A stretch of DNA of 38,649 bases, the filler included, from Desulfobacterales bacterium (GTDB lineage Bacteria > Desulfobacterota > Desulfobacteria > Desulfobacterales > UBA2245): the NCBI GenBank assembly GCA_040771865.1. It is 4 parts of 4 records of this genome, joined end to end, with 100 filler letters (N's around TTAATTAATTAA, not from the genome) between each part and the next. Parts side by side here need not be neighbours in the genome. Positions count along the whole stretch, not along the records: positions 16,342 to 37,062 come from JAXGZF010000008.1; positions 37,163 to 38,649 come from JAXGZF010000013.1; 2 more parts are not named here. One strand, written 5' to 3'. The notes beneath the pieces were generated by a model. It was not told where the DNA came from. It did not search any database and saw nothing but the letters and a program-made list of their open reading frames with translations. Numbering within the stretch: position 1 is the stretch's first letter; each line of letters opens with the position of its first letter. The translations under genes and the position numbers were made by a program. Shown one piece after another: positions 28,301 to 38,649 of the stretch.

Positions 28301-31300
28301 TGGTGAGCCGGGCGCTGCCGACGGACTCCCACTTCTGATCGACTTTTTTCCACTGACTCGTAACAGTGTAATCCTGTGCAGACAGGTCCAGTGAGGCACC
28401 ATTGGTGCCCACGTACTCATAGACAGCCGTCCCTTCTCCCTTGATGTTGTCGGAGTCGTCATCTGTTCCGTAGCCGGGCACGAGCTTCACCAGGTCTCCC
28501 TGGTAGAGGGTTTTCGTCCCTTCCCCGCTGACATAGTCGTAGCCGATATAGTCCTGCTGGGTCAGGTCAACGTCGTCGGCGTCGGGGCCAATGTAACGGT
28601 AGATGGTCGCACCGACTCCCCTGATCGTATCTGTTTCGGAAGCTTCGCCATACCCTGCGTTCACCTTGACCAGATCCCCGGTCTTGAGGTCAGCCGCCGT
28701 ATTGTCCGAAGTAAATGTGTAAAGATCGACCGTCTCGCCCACGTATTCGTAGACATTGCCCGCACGGGCACCGGATACGATCTTGACGCGGTCGCCGGTT
28801 ACCAGTGCGTCAGGGTCATCGCCTGTCGTGTAGAAGTTCACCTGGCGCCAAAGCGTCGTAACGCTGTAATCCTGTCCAGATAGTGTGGGGCTTACTAATG
28901 GAGTTCCACCGATGTAGATATAGACATCCCCCGATGCAGTCTGGACTCTGTCGCCCGCTACCACCGATTCCGGGGTGTCGCTGAAGGTGTAATCGTAATC
29001 CGATTCAAGGGGCGTGTACGCCGCCGGATCGTCACCCGTGATGGGTTCCCAGCCGATGATGTTGCTTGCAAACGATACGCCGAGGGCTACGGCCACGCCG
29101 GTGGAGCCAGAGAAGCCGAAGGAGGCGGCAATCGACACGACGGCCGCGTGAATGGCCGCATCGTTGTCGGCCGTAATGCTGACGTTGTCTACGGCCAGGG
29201 CGGTGGTGCTGCTCATGTACGCGCTCGCGTCCGTGCCGATATAGTTGACGGCTACGGCACCGCCGCCGCTTACCGCCACGCCGGTGTTCGTGCCGGCCGC
29301 GACGGACACCGCCGCCGCCACGGATATCGCGTCGATGCAGCCCGCGGCGGTCGCCGCCACGGTCAGGTCCCCGATATCAGTTAGCGTGGAACCTTCCACG
29401 GCTGCTTTCACTGTATTGTCGATGTCGTTGACGGCCACGGACACGCCCACGGCCACCCCCACGGCAGTTTGCGCGCCGGCGGATACCGCCACCGACCCGC
29501 CCATGGAATCGGCCACGATGCTCGAATCGTCCAGGGCCTCGATGCTCAGATATCCGGTGGTTGAGGTCACCGAACTGCCGCCGCTGATCACGGCCTCGAT
29601 GGTGTTACCGATGCTGTTGCCCGACCCGGCGCCGGCGCCCGCAATGGCCGCGCCAACGCTGCCGCCGCCGCCTGCCGCCACGCTCCCGGACCCGGCCAGG
29701 GTCAGGGCGTCGACTACCGCGTGCGATTGGGCCGACAGCGTAATATCGGTTTGAGCCTCGATCACCGAGTTATCGACCAGGGCGCTGACGGTGTTGCTGA
29801 TGTCGTTGAGCGCCACCGATGCGCCGAAGGCCAGCGAAGCGCTGGTTCCGGAGCCTGCGCCCGCCCTTACGGCGATGGCGACACCGCCGGCATCGGCATT
29901 GATAACGGCATGGTCGGCGGCCAGCACCTGGATGCCGCCGTTGACCGCCTGAACTTTTTGCGATTCGCCGTTGTCGGCGCCCTTGATCGACGCTTCGATG
30001 GTGTTGCTGATGGTATTGCTCACGCCCGAGCCGGCACCGGCCAGAGCGCCGCCCATTCCCCCGCCGCCGGCGCTTGTGGATACGGCTGCGGCAACGCCGA
30101 AGGCCAGGGCATCGATCTTGTTTTCGTAAGTGACGAAGCTGTGGTTGGTGCTGGCATCCGTGGTCGAAAGAGTGATGGTCGTCGGCTCATCACCCTGGCT
30201 GCCGGCCTTGTCTGCCGCCAAACGGATGGTGTTGTCATCGACCTTGACGACGAAATAGGCCCGGCCGTCCTCGAGCCCGCCGATGTCTTTTCCGGTCCCG
30301 TCGTTGAAGTAAACGACGCGGTCGCCGGTGTTTAACCCATGGCCCGTCAACGTGATGTTGTTCTCTATAACCGCTGTATTGGCGAACTCGAGAGTTTGAT
30401 CCACTTCCGCGGTTGCCGCCGCATCCAGCTTGATGTCTCCGTCGGCGATTACCTTGGAATCATCGATCGTTGCAATGATGCTGTTGTCGATCTCGTTCAC
30501 GGCCGCCGCGATGCCCACCGAAGCAGCCAGACTGTTGCCGCCGCCTCCCGCGCCGATAGTCAGCGCCAGGGCCACTCCGCCGGCGTCCGTATAGATGTGC
30601 GAGGCGTCCGTGGCTGTCAGGGTGATGTCCCCAGCCGAGCCTGTGGTGGTCGTAACGACGCTGTCGCTCTTGATCGATGCCTCGATATCGACCTTGATGG
30701 CATTACCCGTGCCTGCGCCCGCTCCGGCAAGGGTCAGGCTGGAGCCGCCGCCGGCGCCGCCCTGGGCCGCGGCCGCCCCGCCGATGGCGAGCGACTCGAT
30801 CTGGGCGTTTGAAACCGCCGTCAATGCAATGTTTCCGTCCGCTTCAACATCGGAGTTGTCGATGATCGCCCGCACGGCATGGCTGTACGCATCATCTTCC
30901 GCGCTCTGTCCGATCTCGTTTACCGCCACCCCGGCTCCCACCGCCACGGTGCCGGTGCCGCCGCTGCCGCCCTTCTTGGCGGTGATGGCGATGGCCACCC
31001 CGCCGGCATCCGCGCTGATGGCGCTGTTGTCGGTGGCGGTCAACGTGACGTTGCCCCCCACGTCAATGCCTGAATTGGATGAATCTATACGGCAGTTCTC
31101 AATGGTGCTTTCGATGATATTGTCGATGGTATTGAACGACACTACACCGGTAACGGCTACGGCGCTGCTCTGGCCGCCGGCGCCGGCGCCGCCGATGGCT
31201 ACGGACAGGATGGAAGCGTCATCTTTGGCGTCCATGAGAAGATCTCCAGAGGCTTCGAGATCTCCATCCTTTATCCGGGTTCGAGTATTTCCCCGAACAT

Positions 31301-34300
31301 TGTTGATTGAAAACGAACCGGAAACGGCCACGGAAGCGCCCCCGGCCGCGCCCTTGGGCGAGGTGGCGGCAACCGCCACGCCCATGGCAATGGCCATGAT
31401 GTCGCCTGTCCGCAGCGCGGTGAGCGATGCATTGCCCGTACTTTCCACGTCAGTCCCGTTGATGAAGGCCTCGGTGGTCATGTCCAGATCGTTGAAGCCG
31501 AAGGCGCCTGCGATGCCGATGGCCGTCTTGGAGGTCTTGGCGAAGGCCGCGGCACCGGCGATCGAGATGATTCCCGTGCTATCTTTGGCGGTCAGGGTCA
31601 AATTGCCGTCCGCGTTCACCGAACCGCTGTCGTTGATGTAGGCCCAGGTAACGTCGTCCACCCCGGCAAACGATACCACGCCCGCGATGCCGGCGCCGAT
31701 CTGCGGCGGCGGATCCCCGCTCTTGTCCTTGATCGACAGCCCGGGCACGTCGGCGACCACGGCGCCGGCCACGCCGATACCGATGATCCGGCCGCTGTTG
31801 ACCGCATCAATGGTGACCCCGCCGGCATCGATGTCGGTACCGTCGCTTCCCGGATCAGTGTTGTCTTCGGTCAGGCGGCTTCCGATCAGGGCCTCGGTGT
31901 CGCGGTCGAGCATCGTGCTGCCGGCCGTGATGCCGATGCCCACCTGCCGCGCCATCTGCACCGCGCCGGTGAAGTTGACGTGGGTGGCGTCGCTGGAGGC
32001 CAGAACATTTATAAATCCGCCCGGCAATATTGTTTCACCGGACAAACCGCCATTGATCACTGTGCCGCTGGCGATCTGGGCCAGGGTCTCACTGGTCTGG
32101 GTTGCAAAGGAGAAGCTGCCGGCCACGCCGAATTTGCCCGAGTTGCCGCCGGTCTGCGCAAAGTCGAAGGAATAGACATCTTCCTCGGCCTTCACGGTCA
32201 GGCCGCCGCTGGTCCCGGTGCGTATTTTCGTGTGCTTCTCGGTAGTCGTATTCCATCCATCAATTCTTGCAATAGTGTAATTCTCGATGTTCTGCACCAG
32301 CACCGACCCGCCGATCCCCAGAGTCTTGGCCTCGTTGCCGAACAGGGAGAAGGGCGAACTGAAGCCGCCGGTGCTGCGGGCTTTAAGAAAGTCGCGGAGC
32401 CCCGCCTCGTTCAGGTTGAGGTGGATGACCCCGGCCAGGTTGATCAGGTCCACGTTGGTGGCTGCGCTCACCAGCACCGACTGGTAGTCGGTCCAGTAGT
32501 CTTCGTCCTGGTTGATCAGGGCGCCGTCTCCGATGATGGCCTCTGATCGATTGGTATAGTCGGTGACCCCCACCGATGCGGTGACGGTCATCTGGGCATC
32601 GGGCGCCTTGCCCTTGGTGGCGGACCACATGTTGAACAGGCCGGTCATGCCGAGCGAGCCGTTGAGCAGCTTGGCCACCTCTTCTATGAGGTTGTCCTCC
32701 TTGATGTCGAAGTCGTAGAAGGGGATGGCGCCGAGCATGAAGGGGTAAGAGATATCCGAAGATACAGAGATGGTATCTTTCGCATCGATCGACGCGCCAC
32801 CCTCGACAATGGCCTGCACCGTGTTGTCGTAAATTCCCACCCCGACGGCCACCGACGCCGCAAGCTGCTTATTGCCCGACGCTGTTTTGGTGGCGCCGGT
32901 GGAGATGTTGCCCTGAACCGTGATGCCGGACTTCTGAACGGCCGTCGCCTGGATATTGACATTGGCATCCGACTTCAGCACCGCAGTGGACCCGACCTTT
33001 GCCACCACATCGTGGTCGAAGAGGGCCGCAGCGGCTGAAGCGGCGATACTCACGGCCGTCTTCTTGTCGGCCTTGAAGCTTGTGCCCGCGCCCTGCACCA
33101 TCGATTTGAGCAGCTTGGGACTGGGCGGGACGTCTCCGCCGAGCATGCTGCTCAGGTTGGGGATGCCGCCGATGCCGGCCTTGGCGATCGCCTTGTTCGC
33201 AGCCTTCATGTCGGCCGTGACATTGATGCCCGATTCGACATTGGGCAGCTTTAGGGAATGGGTGAGGGTAGCCGCGTTTGTTACCTGATCCGTCGTGAGG
33301 GTAAGATCGACCGCCTGGGCAGCCAGGGCACCCTGAAGCGAGTCGGAGAGGCGGATCGTGTGGGCATCGACCACTGTGACGTAGTAAATGTCGCCGGCCC
33401 TCAGGCCGCCGATGGCAAGGTCGCCCTGGAACACGGTGGACGCCCGTTCGAAGCCGTGACGCTCGACGATGGTGTCGACCAGCGTGACGTTGCTCAGCGT
33501 TACCAGACTGCCATCAATGTCGTCTGGATCGGTAGCCAGGCCGAACCGGTTGGCATCGAGCACTTTCACGTAGTAGTCTTGCCCGTCGGTCAGGCCGCCG
33601 ATGGCATGGCCATTAAGCCCTTTAAGGTAGGTGACCCGGTCGCCGGTCTCAAAGCCGTGATCCGGGTTCCAGATGCCGCTATCGACCACCGCCGGCCGCA
33701 AGGTCGGGTCGAAAGAAATAGACTCGTAGGATGTCAACGTGTGAGTGGTGCCAATGGCGTCTTTGAAACCATAGAGGGAGATCGGGGTATCCGGATAGGT
33801 AGGATCGGCGAGTTGGATGTAGTCTCCATCCACATATATAACGACATACTGGTAGCCCTCGGTTTGTCCGCCGATGGGAGTGCCGCCTCCGCTGATCGAG
33901 TAATAGACCGTCTCTCCGCCTGAAAAGCCGTGCCCGGCAATTTTAATCTTCGCCTCCGTCGGATCGAAGCCAACAACGGTTTGATCATAATCCGCGAGGG
34001 TGAACGTGTGCAGGTCTTCGCCGAGGGTTGCACCTTCGGAAAGGTCGATAGCCGTCGTTGACCCGTCTGTGCTGAGCTTGAAGGTATTTGCATCTAATTT
34101 AATGACAACGTATTCGCCACCCTCCTCGAGTCCTCCGATTGCGTCACCGCCGCCTGTCGAATAGATGACATGAACACCGTTGGCAAAGCCGTGTTCGGAT
34201 ATCGTGATCGTCTCGGTGTCGAGATCGATGCTCAACAGCACGATTTCCGCCGGATCAAACGTGACCGGCGTCGCCGTGGTAAGCGAATGCAAGCTTAAAC

Positions 34301-37061
34301 CGATGGCGCCGCGGTCTGTAAGATCGACAACATGATACACCACATCATTTGTGTCGGTGAAGGTTTCGGTGGTCGCGTACTCATCAATGATACCGAGTTT
34401 GATGTGATCAGGATTTACTGCCCATACATAATACTCACCGCCTTCACTAAGTCCTTCAATCACTTCCCCGTCGCCGGCCGAATAGATCACCTTCTGGCCG
34501 GTTGAATAGCCGTGGCCGATGAGTTCGATGGTATTGTCCACCAGATCGACGGAATCCGTAGTTCGCGATCCGTCAAAGATCGGCACGACGGTGCTGGTCT
34601 GAAAAGCATGGACTGCTCCGGTGCCGGCTGAAGTAAGATTGATAGCCGTTCCGGCCGAGGCATCCGTGCGCGAGAGAGCGAGTTGCAGGATGTTTTCATT
34701 GATGCGGATGGCATAGTAAGTGCTGCCGCTGGCCAGACCGCCGATGGCAGTGCCAAGCTCGTCCGTGTAGTATTTTATTTCCTGGCCGGTCTGGAAGCCG
34801 TGATTGGCAATTACGAGCAGATCGCCATCGCTGTCATCGATATCCACCGCACCGCCGGTGAGGGTATGGGCACTGCCTGCAATTGCCGCCAGGCCGGTGA
34901 TGGCAATACCGCCAAGGGCGTCCTCACGCGAAGCCGCAAGCTGAATGCGGTCGTCACCAGAGGCAATGATGAAGTAATCCGTGTCGTCAGTGAGTTCCGT
35001 GATCGCGGTTCCCCCGGTGCCGGCATCATAGGTCACCCGCTGGCCGGTGGTGAAATCGTGAATCGCATTGAAGACGATGGTTTTGCCGTCGGCGTCGATC
35101 ACGTTCTCCACGTCATCGCCTTCGCCGATGGTGCCGCCGGGATTGAATGTTACCGTGGTTTCCGCCAGCCGGAACTGGGTGCCACGGTTGATGGCGATCT
35201 CACGGCTGAAATCCATGTCCGGCCGGTAGACTACTGCATCGCCGGTCTCCAGATTATGCACATCTTCAAAGTAGATGGTACCTTCTCCGTGGGTCTCCAC
35301 CGCGTCGGCGACTTTAAATTCGAGCGGTGTCTCTTCGTAGCTTAACACATGGACATGGTAGCCGGTAAAGCTGTGTTCGGTGCCGGTGGCAACAGAGGCG
35401 TTCAGTGTGATCGCAGTGCCGGCCTCTGCATTTTCCTTTGATGAGGCCAGCTTGATCCGATCGGCGCCGGTAACGATGGCATAGTAGTCATGGCCGTCGA
35501 TGAGACCACCGATGGCGGTGGCGGGACTTTCATCGACAAGGCCGGCATCGTACAGCAAACGTTGGCCGGTGGTGAACTGGTGGGTGTCCGCGAAAATGAT
35601 CTCATTGTCGATGACGGTGGCATCGTCGTTCCCCACCGGGTCAAAGGTCAGGTCACAGCTGCCGTCGAAGCTATGCGACGTGCCGGCGGCGCCAGCGCTC
35701 AATGTGATGGCAATCCCATTTACAGCATCCTGTTCGGACAAGGCCAGCTTGATGCGGTCGGTGTCGGTTGCGATAACATAGTATTCTTCGCCGCTGGTCA
35801 GGCCGCCGATGGAAACGGAAGTGCCGCCGCCGTTCGAGTACACCACCCGCTGACCGGTGAAAAACGAATGAGTACTGGAAAAGGAAATCTCGTCGGTCTC
35901 GATATCCACCGTCCCTGCAGGATCGAAGGTGGCCACGCTGCTGTTGGCGAGATTGTGAACTCTGCCGGCCACGCCTGACGCATCGAGACTGATGGCCGTA
36001 CCTGCTTCGGCGTCCGCCTTGGAGGCGGCGAGCTGGATCCGGTCAGCGGCGATGTTGATGACGTAATAAACGCTTCCGTCGGTCAGTCCGCCGATGGCGG
36101 TCCCATCCGCACCGGCATCATAGGTCACGCTCTGGCCGGTGAAAAACGAATGGGTTCCGCTGAAGATGATTTGGTTGTCTACAATGATGGCATCGTCGTT
36201 ACCGGCAGGGCTGAACGTCACCGTGCTGGTGGTGGCGCCGCCCTCGGTCAGGTCGATAACGTAATAGGCCACACCGTCTGCGTCGGTGAAGGTTTCGGTA
36301 GTCGCATTCTCATCGTCGGCATTGATGGTGCCGAGCTTGATGGTGTAGTCATCCACGACCGCTACGACATACGTGCCTTCGTTATCAAGTCCCCATATCG
36401 CCTCACCCCCGTCAGATGCGACCAGGTAGTCCACCACCTGGCCGGTATAGAAATCGTGTCCGCCGGTGAACGTGATGGTGTTGTCTATCACGTTAACCAC
36501 ACTGCCGCCGCCCGGCTCGAAGGTGATGAAATCCTTGCGGCTGACGCTCTGCACGGAATCGGGGTTCACGTAAAGTGTCCGTGCGGCGTTGAAGTCGATG
36601 GTTTCCCCGCGCACGAGCTGAATCGTGTCTTTATCAACGACCACGACCCGGTAGGTCGTGCCCGGCTCCAGCCCGCCGATGGCAGTGAGCGGTGAATCCG
36701 GCGTGTCCGGATCGACGGCCAGATAGATCAGTTCCTGGCCGGTTTCGAGGCCGTGATCGGGAATGGTGATGGTATCGTTGGAGGTGTTGATACCGGACAG
36801 CTCCAGATCCAGCACAGTCTTTTCACCACCTGCGGTGATCGTGCCGTTGACCTCCGAACGGATGTCGGCCTTGTCGAAGCCCAATGCCAGGCTCACCCCG
36901 CCGAACCCGTCCACAAAGATCGTAACGCCGGCATTGGCCGTGTTCCCCAGGTCCCCTACTGCGGTGATGTTCGCGTTGCCGCCAGCGTTGATGGTGACGT
37001 TCTCTCCCACCAGTGTATTGGCGGTGGTTTCGGAATTGGTCACCGCCACCGAGAGGCCGCC
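16344..37061 (-). CDS. Giant (>6,900 aa, both ends missing) repetitive secreted adhesin-like protein with LktA-like beta backbone and inserted modules
   Basis: One stop-free frame across the entire 20.7 kb contig (upstream of the track start it reads GGLS to the contig edge). Ala/Gly/Val/Ser/Thr/Asp-rich with very few Cys. Recurrent (A/G)xSxAxNxIxNxVxAyI...GxvxlxAxdxSxI units resemble leukotoxin LktA-type filamentous adhesin repeats. Confidence 0.9.
17200..29000 (-). repeat. About 12 dispersed Tyr/Trp modules YT...GDxV...YxYxG...LxxxDYxxxxxW
   Basis: Clusters at about 28262-29000 (4), 25978-26333 (2), 23941-24130 (1), 23172-23495 (2), 20990-21366 (2) and 17200-17436 (1). Confidence 0.88.
23940..28262 (-). 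repeat. Large internal tandem duplication (period about 2.0-2.3 kb) within the giant gene
   Basis: Paired landmarks HNMIDNNVAAYI/HNMIDNDVAAYI, EGEQWSVTDRVTGYTYTLT/EGEEWSVTDRATGYTYTLT, SFATNLIGW x2, QD(Y/F)GN(S/T)DLW(K/E)QVN x3. Confidence 0.88.
33340..36790 (-). repeat. Block of about 12 H(G/D/S)xxTGxxVxY...IGGLxxGxxYYV..(D)xIxLA modules; single further copies near 30215-30360, 19420-19690 and 16345-16625
   Basis: Counted in the translation, e.g. HGLETGQELIY, HSFFTGQSVTY, HQFTTGQRLLY, HGFQTGQEIKY, HGFETGDRVTY. Confidence 0.9.
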
Positions 37062-37062
37062 G

Positions 37063-37162
37063 NNNNNNNNNNNNNNNNNNNNNNNNNNNNNNNNNNNNNN
37101 NNNNNNTTAATTAATTAANNNNNNNNNNNNNNNNNNNNNNNNNNNNNNNNNNNNNNNNNNNN
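37063..37162. other. Artificial contig-join spacer
   Basis: N44-TTAATTAATTAA-N44. Confidence 0.98.
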
Positions 37163-38648
37163 CGATGGGGCCGATGATGCCAACCTTTTCACCGGCACGG
37201 ATCTCCAGCGTGATATTGTTGAGGACCTTGGCGGTCTGGCCGGGGTAGGCAAAGGTCAGGTTCTTGATTCCGATGGCGCCATCAAATCGGGCTCTGTGCA
37301 GAAAGGTTTTGCCCGGAGGTCTCTCCACGGGAAGATCCATGATGTCGTTGAGCGTTTTGAGGGCTTCCTTGGCCCGCTGGTAACGCGCTGCGAGACCCAC
37401 CATCTGCCCCATGGGCGCCAGCACCTGCCGGGACAGAATGACCAGGGCGATCAGGCCGCCCTGGCTAAGTTTGCCATCGCTGATCATGTAAACGCCGCCG
37501 ATAACCACGGCCACCACCACGGCGCTTTGCATGAAGAAGGAGAGGTCGGTGACCGAACCCGACAGGAAACGCGACCGGGAGCTCCACTGCGCGATATAGC
37601 TGACCGCCTCCTCCCAGGCACGCTGAATCTGGCTTTCGGCGCCCAGCATCTTGATCGTTTCCAGGCCGGAGAGCCCCTCCACAAGGATGGCGTTTTTCTG
37701 GGAGGATGCTTTGAAGGTCCTTCCGACCGCCTTCTGCAGGGGAATCTGGATCAGGAGCGCGTAGATCAGAAGAAACGCGATTACGGCCAGAAAGAGGTAG
37801 ACGATCGGGCCTCCGAAATACCAGACCACGAATAAACCCATCAGCATGAATGGCAGATCGATCACAGAGGTAATGGAAAAGGAGGTGACAAAATCCCGAA
37901 TGCTTTCGAACTCCTGAAGATTTCGGGTAAAAGATCCGATGGACTGGGGCCGGACTTCCATTTTCAGATCCAGAACCTTCTGCAGCAGCATGGCGGAGAT
38001 TCTGAGATTGGCCTTGTTTCCCGCCTCGTCGATAAAATAACTCCGCAATGCCCGCATCAGCACGGCAAAGAAATAGATCACCATGATTCCGATGGCCAGC
38101 ACCCACAAAGTCTCCACCGCGTTATTGGGAATGACGCGATCATAGACGATCAGGACAAAGAACGGGCTCGCCAGGCCGAACACGTTGATCAGAAAGGAGG
38201 CCACCAGTACATCCCGGTATATGCGCCAGGATTTGAAAATTGTTCCCCAGAACCAGCCCTTACCTGAACCGAGGGCCAACTCGTCCAAAGATTTTTTTTC
38301 CAACCGGTATTTAGGACGAACGAAAATAGAATAACCGGCGTAGAGCCTCGCCAGTTCGGTCTTTGTGACGACCTTTTCCCCCATGCCCGTTTCCGGCAGC
38401 AGGATCTTAAACTGCTCACCTGCTGCGTCTTTGCCGACCAGCACGCATGCCTGACGGCCCTGGAGCAGCAAAATCGCCGGAAGCTGCAGGAGAGAAATCT
38501 TATCGAGGGACCGTTTTACAACGCGGGATGACAGGTCGGCCCGGTCCGCCGCCCTTGAAAACAGCTCCACGGTAAGGCGATTCTTCACAAGCGGCAGTCC
38601 AGAAACCAGTCCCGTACGGGCAGCAGGCCGTCCGTGCAGCTTTGTCAG
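37163..38648 (-). CDS. Type I secretion system permease/ATPase, LapB/LssB family (partial, both ends cut)
   Basis: N-terminal C39-like region (GLVSGLPLVKNRLTVELFSRAA, LPAILLL), GWFWG, INVFGLASPFF..VYDRVIPNNAVETLWVL, FESIRDF, IDLPF, NBD start GEKVGIIGP. The frame is open to the window edge. Confidence 0.93.
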
Positions 38649-38649
38649 C

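Noticed and set aside
16342..37062. CRISPR array, diversity-generating retroelement or transposon explaining the repeats
   Set aside because: The repeats are degenerate in-frame protein repeats. No constant DNA repeat-spacer pattern, reverse transcriptase, adenine-specific TR/VR pair or transposase was seen.
16401..37118. Dozens of plus-strand and alternative-frame ORFs up to about 400 aa overlapping the giant gene
   Set aside because: Shadow ORFs from GC-rich, repetitive Ala/Gly/Val codons; no recognisable motifs.

Overview
The window is four separate contig pieces joined by artificial spacers (44 N + TTAATTAATTAA + 44 N at 14367-14466, 16242-16341 and 37063-37162), so linkage across the joins is unproven. 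The gene content suggests an anaerobic bacterium, probably deltaproteobacterial/Syntrophales-like (inference). Piece 1 (1-14366) is an orange-protein (ORP)/NifB-NifX type metallocluster locus. It has a PAS (CX8CX3C) sigma54 activator and two sigma54 promoters with matching geometry and paired GTCGCA-N4-TGCGAC enhancer sites. Its genes include NifX-like proteins, two DUF5320 RGG proteins, 4-hydroxybutyryl-CoA dehydratase, three MBL-fold proteins, a ZIP transporter, def, ferredoxins and two unannotated pseudogenes. It also has an FmdB zinc-ribbon gene whose UGA is followed by a SECIS-like hairpin (candidate selenoprotein), and a convergent NifU/HD/MBL operon. Piece 2 is an aroD-aroE fusion plus the start of aroA. 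Piece 3 is a single uninterrupted frame of about 6,900 codons, open at both ends. It encodes a giant adhesin-like protein whose LktA-like beta backbone carries two families of small modules inserted inside one another. Piece 4 is part of a LapB/LssB-type type I secretion ABC transporter.
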